Shown: positions 18,586 to 28,341, counted from the stretch's first letter. The stretch is DNA of 64,000 bases from Vulcanimicrobiota bacterium (GCA_963695225.1 OY968762.1:1120001-1184000); one strand, 5' to 3'. Numbers and translations: made by a program. Notes: a model not told the origin generated them from the sequence alone.

Positions 18586-20607
18586 CTAGGGCGCCTCGAG
18601 CGCCGTCTTCACGGCCGCCGCCAGCGCCGGCGTCATCCCCTTCACGGCCGCGATCTCGTCGACGCCGGCCCGCTTGATCGCGGCGACCGAGCCGAACGTC
18701 GCGAGCAGCCGCTTCTTGCGTGTCGGCCCCACGCCTTCGAGCGTATCGAGGGCGGAGCGCGTCATCGCCTTGCCGCGCCGCTTGCGATGGAACTCGACCG
18801 CGAAACGATGCGCTTCGTCACGAATGCGCATCACCAAATGCAGCGGCGGCGAGGCCGGCGGCAGCACGATCGGCTCCGCCTGCCCCGGCACGAATAGCCA
18901 CTCGTGTTCCTTCGCCAGCCCGGCGACCGGGATGCCCCACAGATCGAGTTCTTCGAGCACCTCGACGACGGCGTTGAGCTGGCCCTTTCCGCCGTCGATC
19001 AGCAACAGATCCGGGCGCTTGTGAAAGCGCTCCTTCTTCACGAGTTGACGCGCGAGCGCGCGGTCGTCCGGCGCCATGCTCTCCGGTAACCCTTCGCCGG
19101 GCGCATTCGTATCCGGCCGCAGATAGCGCAATCGCCGCCGCAGCGTCTCCTGCATCATCGCGAAATCGTTCGCGCCGGCATCGAAGTGAATCTTGAAATG
19201 CCGGTACTCGCTCTTCTTCGCCCGCCCCCCCGCGAAGACGACCATCGAAGCCACGGGGTTCGTGCCCTGGATGTTCGAGATGTCGTAGCACTCGATCCGC
19301 TGCGGCGGCTCCGGCAGATCGAGCGCGGCGGCGAGCTCCGTCAGCGCGCGCGCGGAGGCCGTTTCCTGCGCCTCCTGATGCGCCAGGAACGCGCGCAAGT
19401 TCAGCTCCGCGTTCTGCTTGACGAGCCGCAGGTATTCGGCGCGCGCCCCGCGCTGCGGCTCGAGGATCCGCACTCGCTGCTCCTTCACGCCCGAAAGCCA
19501 GGCTTCGAGCAGCGGCAGATCGGCCGGGAGAGTCTCGACGAGGATTTCCTTCGGCAACACTGCCGACGCGACGCCGCGCCGCGCGCGGGCGCGCTCGCTC
19601 TGTGCGACCGGGACTTCGTTCGCACGCGCATCCCGCAGCGCAAGCGGCGAGAACCCGTCGCCGCGCGGTGCGATCGCCGATCGCGCCGTGTAGAACTGCT
19701 TGAAGAACTCGGCGAACAGCAACGCCGGCTCCGTATCGGCCGTCCCTTCCAGGATGAAGTGCTCCTGCCCGATCAGCTTGCCGCCGCGCACCAGGAACAC
19801 TTGCATGCAGGCCTGCCCCTGCGCGAAGGCCGCCGCGATCAAGTCCATATCGATGCGCGACCGCCAGACGACCTTCTGCGCTTCCGTCACGCGCCGCACC
19901 GCGACGATGCGGTCGCGCACGCGCGCCGCCGTCTCGTAGTTCAAGTGCGCCGCGGCCTCGTCCATCTCGCGCTGCAAGCGCTCGAGTAGCGCCTCCTGGC
20001 GCCCCTCCAGAAACAGCAGCACCTCGCCGACGAGGTCGTCGTATTCGGCCTCGCTCTGATATCCCACGCACGGCGCCATGCAGCGCTTGATGTGATACTG
20101 CAGGCATGGCCGCGCGCGCTTCCCGTCGATCGGCTCGCGGCACGTCCGCAGCGGAAACACCAGCCGGATCAAATCGATCAACTCGCGCAACCCGTGCGCG
20201 TTCGTGTACGGCCCGAAATATCGGGCGCCGTCGTCGCGGACCATCCGCGTGAAGGCGACGCGCGGGTACGGCTCGTTCGTCACCTTCAGATACGGATAGC
20301 GCTTGTCGTCACGCAGGCGCACGTTGAACGGCGGCTGGTGCCGCTTGATCAAGTTCGCCTCGAGGATCAGCGCCTCGATCTCGTTATTGACGACGATCGT
20401 GCGCACGTCGTGCACGCGCTCGACCATCAGGTGCGTCCGGAGCGGGTGCGCCGCACTATCCTGGAAGTACGAGCGCACGCGATTTCGTAGCGAGACGGCC
20501 TTCCCGATGTAGAGAATCCGCTCGCCCTCGCCGAGCATCATGTAGACGCCCGGCCGATCGGGAAGCTGCGCGAGCGTGCGCTGGAGCTTTACACGGCCCG
20601 GCGTGAC
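18586..20607 (-). CDS. uvrC: Excinuclease ABC subunit C (start uncertain)
   Basis: GIY-YIG LPDRPGVY..YIGKAVSLRNRVRSYF, RIECYDIS, LIDGGKGQL, RDEAHRFA, C-terminal HhH. No canonical start near the conserved N-terminus (see findings). Confidence 0.93.
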   Translation of the reverse strand, partial: VTPGRVKLQRTLAQLPDRPGVYMMLGEGERILYIGKAVSLRNRVRSYFQDSAAHPLRTHLMVERVHDVRTIVVNNEIEALILEANLIKRHQPPFNVRLRDDKRYPYLKVTNEPYPRVAFTRMVRDDGARYFGPYTNAHGLRELIDLIRLVFPLRTCREPIDGKRARPCLQYHIKRCMAPCVGYQSEAEYDDLVGEVLLFLEGRQEALLERLQREMDEAAAHLNYETAARVRDRIVAVRRVTEAQKVVWRSRIDMDLIAAAFAQGQACMQVFLVRGGKLIGQEHFILEGTADTEPALLFAEFFKQFYTARSAIAPRGDGFSPLALRDARANEVPVAQSERARARRGVASAVLPKEILVETLPADLPLLEAWLSGVKEQRVRILEPQRGARAEYLRLVKQNAELNLRAFLAHQEAQETASARALTELAAALDLPEPPQRIECYDISNIQGTNPVASMVVFAGGRAKKSEYRHFKIHFDAGANDFAMMQETLRRRLRYLRPDTNAPGEGLPESMAPDDRALARQLVKKERFHKRPDLLLIDGGKGQLNAVVEVLEELDLWGIPVAGLAKEHEWLFVPGQAEPIVLPPASPPLHLVMRIRDEAHRFAVEFHRKRRGKAMTRSALDTLEGVGPTRKKRLLATFGSVAAIKRAGVDEIAAVKGMTPALAAAVKTALEAP

Positions 20608-21200
20608 GCGAGCACCTTCCGTCCGACGAACACCACGACGACGACGGCGAGCGCCAAGAGGACGTAGAGCGACGAGCGATGCACGAGCGGCGCAAGCTGA
20701 TCCAAGTGGTTGCCGAACTGCATGCCGACCCACAGCAGCCCGAAGCAAAAGATCGCCGAACCCGCGGCTGTGTAGGCGAGGAACCAGCGCTTGCGCATCC
20801 GCGAAACGCCGGCCGGCAAGCCGATCACGCCGCGGATCACCGGCAAGAACCGTGAGATGAAGATGATCTTCGTCCCGTAGCGCTCCGAAAATTCGTGGAA
20901 CTTATCGAGCTTCTTGAGATCGAGCTTGACGAACTTCCCCCACCGCGCAACGAACGGGCGGCCGCCGTAGTAGCCCACCGTGTAGCATAAGAACCCGCCG
21001 ACCACCTCGCCGAGCGTCGCGACGATCCCCGCGATCCAGTAGCTCGAAAGGTGCCCCGTCGCAACGAGCGCGCCCGCCGCCGGGACCACGAATTCCGTGC
21101 CGACGGGGACGCCGATGTTCCCCACCATCATGACGAAAAACAAGCCGGCGTATCCGGTCTTGTGGACGATGTCCAGAAAGAAGTGCGCAATCTGTTCCAG
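20589..21200 (-). CDS. DedA family membrane protein
   Basis: GNIGVPVGTEFVVP, YYGGRPFV, SRFLPVIR..PAGVSRM. Probable CTG start at 21200 (MEQIAHFFLDIVHKTGYAGLF). Confidence 0.88.
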   Translation of the reverse strand: MEQIAHFFLDIVHKTGYAGLFFVMMVGNIGVPVGTEFVVPAAGALVATGHLSSYWIAGIVATLGEVVGGFLCYTVGYYGGRPFVARWGKFVKLDLKKLDKFHEFSERYGTKIIFISRFLPVIRGVIGLPAGVSRMRKRWFLAYTAAGSAIFCFGLLWVGMQFGNHLDQLAPLVHRSSLYVLLALAVVVVVFVGRKVLASRRAV

Positions 21201-21218
21201 GGCGAGGGTCCGCCTTTC

Positions 21219-21632
21219 TCAGGTGGGCTTTACTTGCGGCGGGCTCCCGGAGTTTCGGGCCGTGGAGCGCAGGAGTTCGGCGGCGAGCCCGCCGCCCTCG
21301 GCGACGATCGCGTGGTAGAGATGCTGCGGCTCGACCGCTCCGTCCCCGGCGCTTGCCTCGGCGAGCGCGATCACGCGCCGGGCGCGGGGCGTCACGAGGA
21401 TCCCCTCCCACAGCCGCTCCTCGTTCGTGTTGAGGCGATGCCGCAGGACGGCCGAAAGCTCGCCCGTCGCGATCCCGCTCGACGCCAGCGCCGCTTCGAT
21501 CGCCGGATCGTGCTCGTCCAGGAGCCCCAAGAGCAGATGCTCCACGCCCACGTAGTAGTGGTTGTGGTTGCGACACTCTTGCTCGGCGGCGCGGAGCACG
21601 CGCTTCGAAGCGGAATTGAATCTCGAGAACAT
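21219..21632 (-). CDS. Stand-alone Clp N-terminal domain protein
   Basis: MFSRFN..A..E..HYYVGVEHLLLGLL..TPRARRVI..EPQHL. Confidence 0.85.
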   Translation of the reverse strand: MFSRFNSASKRVLRAAEQECRNHNHYYVGVEHLLLGLLDEHDPAIEAALASSGIATGELSAVLRHRLNTNEERLWEGILVTPRARRVIALAEASAGDGAVEPQHLYHAIVAEGGGLAAELLRSTARNSGSPPQVKPT

Positions 21633-21727
21633 AGCCTGGCCCGTCGGTTGGCCCGTGACCTGCGGGCGCGGATCGCCGCTCCGAGATGCGCCGCGATGGG
21701 CTGCCGGGGAGCCTGGCGGCAAGACAA

Positions 21728-21801
21728 TCGGGGCGGCAGGATTTGAACCTGTGACCTCTGCGTCCCGAACGCAGCGCTCTACCAAGCTGAGCTACGCCCC
21801 G
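21728..21801 (-). tRNA. tRNA-Pro(CGG), CCA not encoded
   Basis: CGGGGCGTAGCTCAGCTTGGTAGAGCGCTGCGTT-CGG-GACGCAGAGGTCACAGGTTCAAATCCTGCCGCCCCGA forms a cloverleaf. Confidence 0.96.
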
Positions 21802-21935
21802 TCGATCTTTGCCGTGCGACCGGGCCCCATTCGGTGCGGAAGGCCCGCACCCTTTCCCACCCGAGCCCGCCGGGAGGCGGGCGGAGCGCGCTGCCAGGGG
21901 GTGCTCCCAAACCGTCCGAAGTCTCCGGATGAGCC

Positions 21936-22628
21936 ATGCGGTATCTCATAGTCGGTTGCGGACGCGTCGGGTCGACGCTCGCCAAGCTCCTGGTCGCCGA
22001 AGCCCACGACGTCACGGTCATCGATGAGAACCCCGCCGCATTCAAGCGGCTGGGGAGCGATTTCCCGGGACGCGTCGAGGTTGGGACCGGGATCGATTAC
22101 GACGTGATCAAGCGCGCCGGCGGCGCCGAGGCCGACGGCTTCGTCGCGGTGACCGACGGCGACAACCGCAACGTGATGGCGGCCCTGATCGCTCAGCGGC
22201 TCCTCCGCATCCCGCGCATCGTAGCCCGCATCTACGATCCGCCGCGCGGCCAGCTCTACCGCGAGCTTGGGATCGAAACCGTCTGCCCGACGACGACCGG
22301 CGCGAAGATGATCCGCGACCGCCTCCTGAACATGCCGCTCGATGCCGCGCCTTCGTTCGATTTCGGGAAGCTCTCCTCGCTCGCGATCGTGCTCGGCGAA
22401 GCCCACGACGGCAAGCGCGTCGACGAACTCGAACAAGACGGCCAGATTCGGATCGCCGCGGTACGCCGGCTCGGCATGGGCGCGATCGTCCCGCGGGCGG
22501 ATTTCGTCCTGCGCCGCAGCGACGAAGTGAACTTCATCGTCGGGCCGGACGTCTTCGGGGAGTTCTGCGCGCGCTTCGCGTCGGCGCAACCCGCCGGCCT
22601 GCCCTCCATCGTGCCGGCAAGGCTCTAG
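21936..22628 (+). CDS. trkA: TrkA/KtrA family K+ uptake RCK protein
   Basis: IVGCGRVG Rossmann motif, AVTDGDNRN, TrkA-C domain. Confidence 0.88.
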   Translation: MRYLIVGCGRVGSTLAKLLVAEAHDVTVIDENPAAFKRLGSDFPGRVEVGTGIDYDVIKRAGGAEADGFVAVTDGDNRNVMAALIAQRLLRIPRIVARIYDPPRGQLYRELGIETVCPTTTGAKMIRDRLLNMPLDAAPSFDFGKLSSLAIVLGEAHDGKRVDELEQDGQIRIAAVRRLGMGAIVPRADFVLRRSDEVNFIVGPDVFGEFCARFASAQPAGLPSIVPARL

Positions 22629-22636
22629 GAGGCCGC

Positions 22637-23329
22637 GTGTTCATCATCATCGTCGGCGGCGGGAAAGTCGGAACGTACCTCGCGCGCGCCTTGCTCGACA
22701 AGGACCATGAAGTCGTCGTCGTCGAGAAGCAGGCGCGCAAAGCCGAGTACATGTCGAACATCCTCGAGCAGGACGTGGCGGTCGTCGGCGACGGCTGCGA
22801 CCCGATCGTGCTGGCAGCCGCCGGGATCGCGCGGGCCGATTGCGTGATCGCCGACACGGGCGACGACGAAGACAACCTCGTGGTTTGCCTGATCGCGAAG
22901 AAGGAATCGAAGGCGAGGGTAATCGCGCGGGTCAACAACCCCCGCAACAAGGCGATCTTCGAATCCCTCGACCGCGCGAACCCCGTGACGCTGATCTCGT
23001 CGACCGAAGTGATCCTCGCGGCGATCGACCAGCACGTGAACGTGCAGGATTACGCCGTCGTCACGCGCCTGCGCGACGGGCAGGTCGAGCTCGTGAAGAT
23101 CACGATACCGAAGGGCGCCGCCGGCGAAGGGAAGCGCATCGCCGAGATCGGGATGCCGCGGAATAGCATCGTCGTCGCGGTCGATCGCAAGGACGACGAC
23201 CTGATCATCCCGACCGGGGATACGACGATTCGTGCAGGGGACGACGTCATCGTCATCTGCAAGCAGGGGCAACGGGACGACGTGCGCGCCTCATTCATCG
23301 GGAGCCCCGTTCCGGCCGTTCGGCGGTAG
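22637..23329 (+). CDS. trkA: TrkA/KtrA family K+ uptake RCK protein (second paralog)
   Basis: IVGGGKVG, TGDDEDNL, IARVNNPRN, IPTGDTTIRAGD. Confidence 0.88.
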   Translation: MFIIIVGGGKVGTYLARALLDKDHEVVVVEKQARKAEYMSNILEQDVAVVGDGCDPIVLAAAGIARADCVIADTGDDEDNLVVCLIAKKESKARVIARVNNPRNKAIFESLDRANPVTLISSTEVILAAIDQHVNVQDYAVVTRLRDGQVELVKITIPKGAAGEGKRIAEIGMPRNSIVVAVDRKDDDLIIPTGDTTIRAGDDVIVICKQGQRDDVRASFIGSPVPAVRR

Positions 23330-23391
23330 CACGCGACTCGCTCTCTCCTGCCCGCCGCGCTCCCGCCGTGTTGCGCTTGGGCGCGCGCCAG

Positions 23392-24267
23392 CTACGTTTC
23401 TAGGTCTTTGCGGGTTCGGTCTATAGCGGCACGTACGTCTTCGGAGAGGGGCGGATAGGCGAGGTCGAGGGATTCGAGGACGGAGACGATGACGTCGGCG
23501 ATCGCGAGGCGAGCGACCCATTTACGGTCGGCGGGGATCACGTACCAGGGGGCGACCGGCGTGCTCGTTCCCTGCAGCATTCCGTCGAATGCGGTCGCGT
23601 ACTGGTCCCAAAAGGAACGTTGCGCCAGATCGGAGAGCGAGAACTTCCACTGCTTCGTGGGATCGTCGAGCCTTGCGATCAGGCGTTTGCGTTGCTCCTC
23701 CTTCGAGATGTGGAGGAGGCACTTGATCGTGACGATTCGGTTGCGCGCCAGGTAGCTTTCGAAGCGATTGATGTCGCGAAAGCGCTTCTCCCAGAATGCG
23801 TCGCCCTGCGCTTCTGCCGTCACGCGGTCGTCGCCCAGCAATTCCGGGTGGACGCGCGTTACGAGGACGTTCTCGTAGTGCGAGCGGTTGAAGATGCCGA
23901 TACGGCCGCGTTCCGGCAAAACGCGCGCGGAACGCCAGAGGTAGTCGTGGAGGAGCTCTTCCGTGGTCGGCTCGCGGAAGCTCGTGACGCTCACGCCTTG
24001 CGGGTTGACGCCGCCGATCACGTGCTTCACGGCGCCGTCTTTGCCCGCCGTATCGATGCCTTGGAAGACGATCAGGATGCCGTACCGCTTCTGCGCGCTC
24101 AGCATGTCTTGCAGCGTGCCCAGGCTCGCGATGTCGGCTTGCAGCTTCTCTTCGGCGTCGTCCTTGTCGGAGAAGCCGCAACGGCCGGCGGGATCGTAGT
24201 CCGCTAGGCGGCGCTTTGCATCGGGGTCGAAGCGCAGGGCCGCTGCGATGCGCGCGGGTTCGCTCAT
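23392..24267 (-). CDS. ppk2: Polyphosphate kinase 2 family protein
   Basis: FQGIDTAGKDG, HDYLWR, FNRSHYE, WKFS..D, APWYVIPADRKW. Confidence 0.92.
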   Translation of the reverse strand: MSEPARIAAALRFDPDAKRRLADYDPAGRCGFSDKDDAEEKLQADIASLGTLQDMLSAQKRYGILIVFQGIDTAGKDGAVKHVIGGVNPQGVSVTSFREPTTEELLHDYLWRSARVLPERGRIGIFNRSHYENVLVTRVHPELLGDDRVTAEAQGDAFWEKRFRDINRFESYLARNRIVTIKCLLHISKEEQRKRLIARLDDPTKQWKFSLSDLAQRSFWDQYATAFDGMLQGTSTPVAPWYVIPADRKWVARLAIADVIVSVLESLDLAYPPLSEDVRAAIDRTRKDLET

Positions 24268-24277
24268 GGGCTCTCTC

Positions 24278-24961
24278 CTACACGAGAATGTTGACGGCGC
24301 GGGCGGCGACGAGCGTAACGGTGAGCAGCGAGGCGACCGATTGGACGAGCATCAGCGATTTCGCCCCGCGCGTGAGCGGGAGCGTATCGGTCGGGCTGAA
24401 CGCGGTCGCGTTCGTGAACGCCACGTACAGGTAGTCGACGAACGCCGGCGACCAGCCCGGCTCGGCGCACCCCGGCGTCGACATCTGCGGGAAGAGGAAA
24501 TCGGGGGGACGGTGCGTTTCCTCGAGGCGTTCGTCCGGGCCGCCGCGATCGAGCTCCCAATACCACAACGCGAAGACGATCACGTTCGTGAGCCAGATGC
24601 CGGCCGCCGCGGCAAGCAGCGACGAGCCCGAGACGACCTTCTCGTGATAGACGAGGACGTGGATCAAGCGGCCGAGCGAGACGACGTTCGAGAGCATCAC
24701 GACACCGATCAGCGCCACCGCCGCCGCCTGGATCATGCGGCTCTCCTCGGGGACGCGGTGCGGGGCGGCGATCGAAAGCGGGATCAAGATCGCGATGGCG
24801 GCCATCGGGATCACCCATTGCGGGCCGAGCGTGTACTCCTTCGGGAGCCAAAAGTAGATCGCAATCGCGATGAGGATCGCGAGCGAGGCCGGCCAGCGCG
24901 GCTCCGAATTCGCCGCGACGCCCCAGGCGACGGCCTTCTTCCGCTTCTGAGGAACGCTCAT
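24278..24961 (-). CDS. DUF1345-like membrane protein
   Basis: WYWELDRGGP, PDFLFPQ, FVDYLYVAFTNATAFSPTD. Confidence 0.8.
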   Translation of the reverse strand: MSVPQKRKKAVAWGVAANSEPRWPASLAILIAIAIYFWLPKEYTLGPQWVIPMAAIAILIPLSIAAPHRVPEESRMIQAAAVALIGVVMLSNVVSLGRLIHVLVYHEKVVSGSSLLAAAAGIWLTNVIVFALWYWELDRGGPDERLEETHRPPDFLFPQMSTPGCAEPGWSPAFVDYLYVAFTNATAFSPTDTLPLTRGAKSLMLVQSVASLLTVTLVAARAVNILV

Positions 24962-24973
24962 CGGCGCATACCT

Positions 24974-26212
24974 TCAATGCGCGTGCGTGAAGTTCCCGAG
25001 CCTCGCTCCGCTCGCGGCGATCCGCTCGAGCGCGGCGCGCATCCCGATCGTCTCGACGGGGCGGCCGACGGCGCCGAAATAGACCTCGGGGTCGATGTTG
25101 AGCGTCCGCGTCTGCACCATCGTCACCTCGACCTCGCGCAGGAACGCTTCGGCGGCCGCGACCTCCTCGACCGCGTCGGTGACGCCGGGGTGCGTCAGCA
25201 GGTTCAGCGAGACGCGCAAGCCGCTGCGGACCGCGAGCCTGACGCTTTCGAGGACGTCGTCGAACGCGTAGCCGGTGGGGCGGTAATACGCGGCGTAGAC
25301 GGCCGGGCGGAACGAGTTCAAGCTGATGCGCACGGCGTCGAGCCCGGCGTCGATCAACATCCGCAGCGATCTCGGCAGGCTGCCGTTCGTGTTGCAGTTG
25401 ATCGTACCGTTCGTACGGGCCGCGCGGATCCGCTCGATCGTGCGCGCGATCGTCGTCGCGCGCAGCAGCGGTTCGCCCTCGCAGCCTTGGCCGAAGGAGA
25501 GGATCCCCTCCGGGACCCGCTCGAGGTGATAGACGCCGACGCGCACGAGTTCCGCGACGTCCGCCTCGGCGCGAATTCGCGTCTGCGGCGAGGGGAAACT
25601 CGATCCCGGCCCGAGTTCGGAGATGCAGCCGAGGCAGCGGGCGTTGCACGCGGGCGAGACCGGGAGCGCCGCTTCGCCGCGCGCGAGGATCGTGTTCTGC
25701 GCGGTGAAGCAGCCGTATTCGCGCGAACAGAGGGCGGCCTGCGCGAGGACGCGGTTTCCCGGATCGCATTGCAGGCGCGCCGCGATCGCCGCTTCGAGTT
25801 CGCCCTCGGCGAAATAGCGCGGTGCCCAATCCTCGCTCGCGTCCGTGCGCATAGCGGCCACGTGCAGTTCGTCGTCGAGGACGCACGCGAACGTATAGCC
25901 GTACAGCGGGAGCACGGGCGCCCCCTCGCGCGTCGCGTACGCGGGGAGCAGCAGGCGCGTGTACCCCGCGGGCAAGAGCACCGCAAGCGCGGTGCGGCGC
26001 GTGCCGACGCGGCCCGTTGCGAGGAGCGGGTTGCGCTGCGGCAGCGTCGAGGTCACGGTCCCCTTCGGGGCCGCGATCAATTCGGCTTGGAGAGCGCGCC
26101 GGGGAGCGCAGCCGTCGTCTGCGAGCGGTTCCTGCGTCTCATCGAAGTAGATCCGCGCGGCCGAGTCGCAATAGGCGAGCCCCGGCGTGGGGCGCCCGCG
26201 TCGCGGTGCCAT
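24974..26212 (-). CDS. Radical SAM protein of unknown function
   Basis: CNARCLGC (CxxxCxxC), SFGQGCEGEP, NTNGS, RISLNS. Confidence 0.88.
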   Translation of the reverse strand: MAPRRGRPTPGLAYCDSAARIYFDETQEPLADDGCAPRRALQAELIAAPKGTVTSTLPQRNPLLATGRVGTRRTALAVLLPAGYTRLLLPAYATREGAPVLPLYGYTFACVLDDELHVAAMRTDASEDWAPRYFAEGELEAAIAARLQCDPGNRVLAQAALCSREYGCFTAQNTILARGEAALPVSPACNARCLGCISELGPGSSFPSPQTRIRAEADVAELVRVGVYHLERVPEGILSFGQGCEGEPLLRATTIARTIERIRAARTNGTINCNTNGSLPRSLRMLIDAGLDAVRISLNSFRPAVYAAYYRPTGYAFDDVLESVRLAVRSGLRVSLNLLTHPGVTDAVEEVAAAEAFLREVEVTMVQTRTLNIDPEVYFGAVGRPVETIGMRAALERIAASGARLGNFTHAH

Positions 26213-26217
26213 CAGCG

Positions 26218-26285
26218 CCCTGCGACAAACTCGAGGTGACGAAACCTTGTCATCGTGACCGATGTCATCTTGAGCCTGTCGAGGG
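26218..26285. repeat. Inverted pair of ~22-nt REP-like repeats
   Basis: CCCTGCGACAAACTCGAGGTGAC (26218-26240) and GTCATCTTGAGCCTGTCGAGGG (26264-26285) are imperfect reverse complements. Confidence 0.7.
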
Positions 26286-27110
26286 ATGAGCCGGTTCGGG
26301 GGCGGGGAGCGAGCGTTCTGCGATGACCTCGGCCGGGCCGGTCAAATAGGCTTGATCGCCGGGGACGAGTTCGACTTCGAGGTCTCCGCCGGGGACGTGC
26401 ACGAGTGCCGGCGTCGTGAGACCCTGCCGCGCGGCAGCCGCGGCGACGCAGGCGACGGCGCCCGTACCGCAGGCTTGCGTGATCCCCACGCCGCGTTCGT
26501 AATGACGCACGCGCAGTTCGGCGGGGCCGAGCACCGTCGCGAGATGCACGTTCGTCCCGCCCGGAAACGCCGCGTGCGTCGAAAGCGCGGCGCCGAGCGC
26601 TTCGAGCTCGATCGCGTCGACGTCGTCGACGAAGAGCACGACGTGCGGGTTGCCGACGGAGACGGCGTCGTACGTCCAGGTTCCGCCGAGCGCCTCGACC
26701 GTGCGCGGCACCTCGTTCAAGACGCGCGCGGGGCCCATGCCCGTGCGAACGCGGTACGGATCGCGCGAGACGATCGCGATCGAGATCGGCCCGGCGAGCG
26801 TCGCAATCGTGAAAAGTTCTCCCGCGCCGCGCTCGGCGAGATACCGGGCGACGCAGCGCACTCCGTTTCCGCACATCTCCGGCTCGCTGCCGTCCGCGTT
26901 GAAGACGCGCATCTCCGCCGCGGCACCGGGCGCAGCGCCGATCACGAGCAGGCCGTCCGTTCCCGCGCCCGTGCGCGCATCGCACCATTCCCGCGCGAGC
27001 TCCGCGTAATCGGCGCGCGGCTGCGCGCGCCCGTCGAGGACGACGAAGCTGTTGTGCGCGCCGTGCATCAGCGTGACGGGAAGCAGAGCGGTCGCGGCAG
27101 GTGCGCTCAC
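26265..27110 (-). CDS. dapF: Diaminopimelate epimerase
   Basis: FNADGSEPEMCGNG, VGNPH, ERGVGITQACGTG. Confidence 0.95.
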   Translation of the reverse strand: MSAPAATALLPVTLMHGAHNSFVVLDGRAQPRADYAELAREWCDARTGAGTDGLLVIGAAPGAAAEMRVFNADGSEPEMCGNGVRCVARYLAERGAGELFTIATLAGPISIAIVSRDPYRVRTGMGPARVLNEVPRTVEALGGTWTYDAVSVGNPHVVLFVDDVDAIELEALGAALSTHAAFPGGTNVHLATVLGPAELRVRHYERGVGITQACGTGAVACVAAAAARQGLTTPALVHVPGGDLEVELVPGDQAYLTGPAEVIAERSLPAPEPAHPSTGSR

Positions 27111-27355
27111 GGAGTTGCCTCGGCGGCTGCCGGCTCGACGTTGAACGTCAGCGGCCCTTGCGGCGAAATCGTGGAGACGGCGTGCTTGTAGATCAAATGC
27201 ACTTTATGTTCGTATTCCAACAGGACCGTGAACGCATCGAAGGCCTTGACCATCCCGCGCAGCTGGAAACCGTTGACGAGATAGACCGTCACCGGAACCG
27301 CCTGCCGCCGGATCTCGGCAAGATACTGATCCTGGATCGCCGGTGCGCGCAACAT
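27107..27355 (-). CDS. hfq: RNA chaperone Hfq
   Basis: QDQYL..VTVYLVNGFQLRG..FD.FTVLL..LIYKHAVSTI. Confidence 0.95.
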   Translation of the reverse strand: MLRAPAIQDQYLAEIRRQAVPVTVYLVNGFQLRGMVKAFDAFTVLLEYEHKVHLIYKHAVSTISPQGPLTFNVEPAAAEATP

Positions 27356-27367
27356 GATCTTCGCGCA

Positions 27368-28285
27368 TTAGGCTCGCGCAAGGGATTCCCTCGCCAGCGC
27401 CTCGAGGTCCCGCTCGGCATCGGCGGCCGCAACGCGCACGAGGCCGGGTTCCTTCGCAAACCAGGTCCGCTGACGTTTCGCATAGCGCCGCGTCGCGCGC
27501 AGCAGCGCGGCGCGCAGCTCCGGCTCACTCGACCAGCCTGCCAAGTAGGCGAATGCTTGGGGATAGCCGACCGCGTCGGCGGCGACCGCGCCCGGGCCGA
27601 TCCGCTCCGCCTCTTCGAGGAAGCCGCCCGCCAGCATCCGCTCGACTCGCGCGGCGATACGTCGCTCGAGTTCCGCCTCGCCGATCTCCAGCCACGCTTT
27701 CACAAACGGAATCCCGAGGCTGCGCAGCGAGCGCGCCGGTAGCGCCGTCTCGGCCGCGGGCACGGCCCGCTCCGCGAGCGCGACTTCGAGCGCGCGCGTG
27801 ATGCGATACGGATCGTTCGGGGAGATCGCCGCGGCGCGCAGCGGCGCGAGCGCCGCGAGCCAGGCGTGCAGCACCGGGACCGGATGGAGCCGCGCCTCCG
27901 CCGCCAGGCGCGCGCGCAGCGCGCTATCGTGCACGCCGGCGAGCGCGACGTCGCCGCAGAGCGCCCGAACGTAGAATCCCGTCCCGCCGACGACGAGCGC
28001 CATTCGGCCGCGCGCGTGAATCGCGGCGATCGCCGCGAGCGCATCCTCGACGAAGCGTGCGGCCGAATAGCGCTCGTGCGGATCGAGGAAACCGACGAGA
28101 TGGTGCGGCGCGCGGGCGCGCTCCCCCGCATCCGGCGCGGCCGTTCCGATCTGCATGCCCGCGTAGACTTGGCGCGAATCCGCGCCGACGATCTCGGCGT
28201 CGAGCCGCTCCGCCAGGCGAAGCGCGACCTGCGTCTTTCCGCTCGCGGTCGGGCCGCTCACAATCAGCACCGAGCCTCGTTCCAT
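27368..28285 (-). CDS. miaA: tRNA dimethylallyltransferase
   Basis: GPTASGKT, DSRQVY..IGTA, VGGTGFY, TRRYAKRQRTWF. Confidence 0.95.
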   Translation of the reverse strand: MERGSVLIVSGPTASGKTQVALRLAERLDAEIVGADSRQVYAGMQIGTAAPDAGERARAPHHLVGFLDPHERYSAARFVEDALAAIAAIHARGRMALVVGGTGFYVRALCGDVALAGVHDSALRARLAAEARLHPVPVLHAWLAALAPLRAAAISPNDPYRITRALEVALAERAVPAAETALPARSLRSLGIPFVKAWLEIGEAELERRIAARVERMLAGGFLEEAERIGPGAVAADAVGYPQAFAYLAGWSSEPELRAALLRATRRYAKRQRTWFAKEPGLVRVAAADAERDLEALARESLARA

Positions 28286-28299
28286 CGGCGAGGAGCCTT

Positions 28300-28336
28300 C
28301 GTTCTCAGTCCGTTCTAAGCCTCGGGAGCGATGCTT
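28300..28336 (+). promoter_or_regulatory. Direct-repeat box CGTTCTCAG-n2-CGTTCTAAG with downstream GATGCT
   Basis: 11-bp-period repeat at 28300-28319; GATGCT about 10 nt later, 6 nt before ATG 28342. Confidence 0.45.
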
Positions 28337-28341
28337 CCGAA

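Noticed and set aside
21936..23329. Two trkA genes without trkH
   Set aside because: Tandem RCK genes apart from their transporter are common (e.g. actinobacterial ceoBC).
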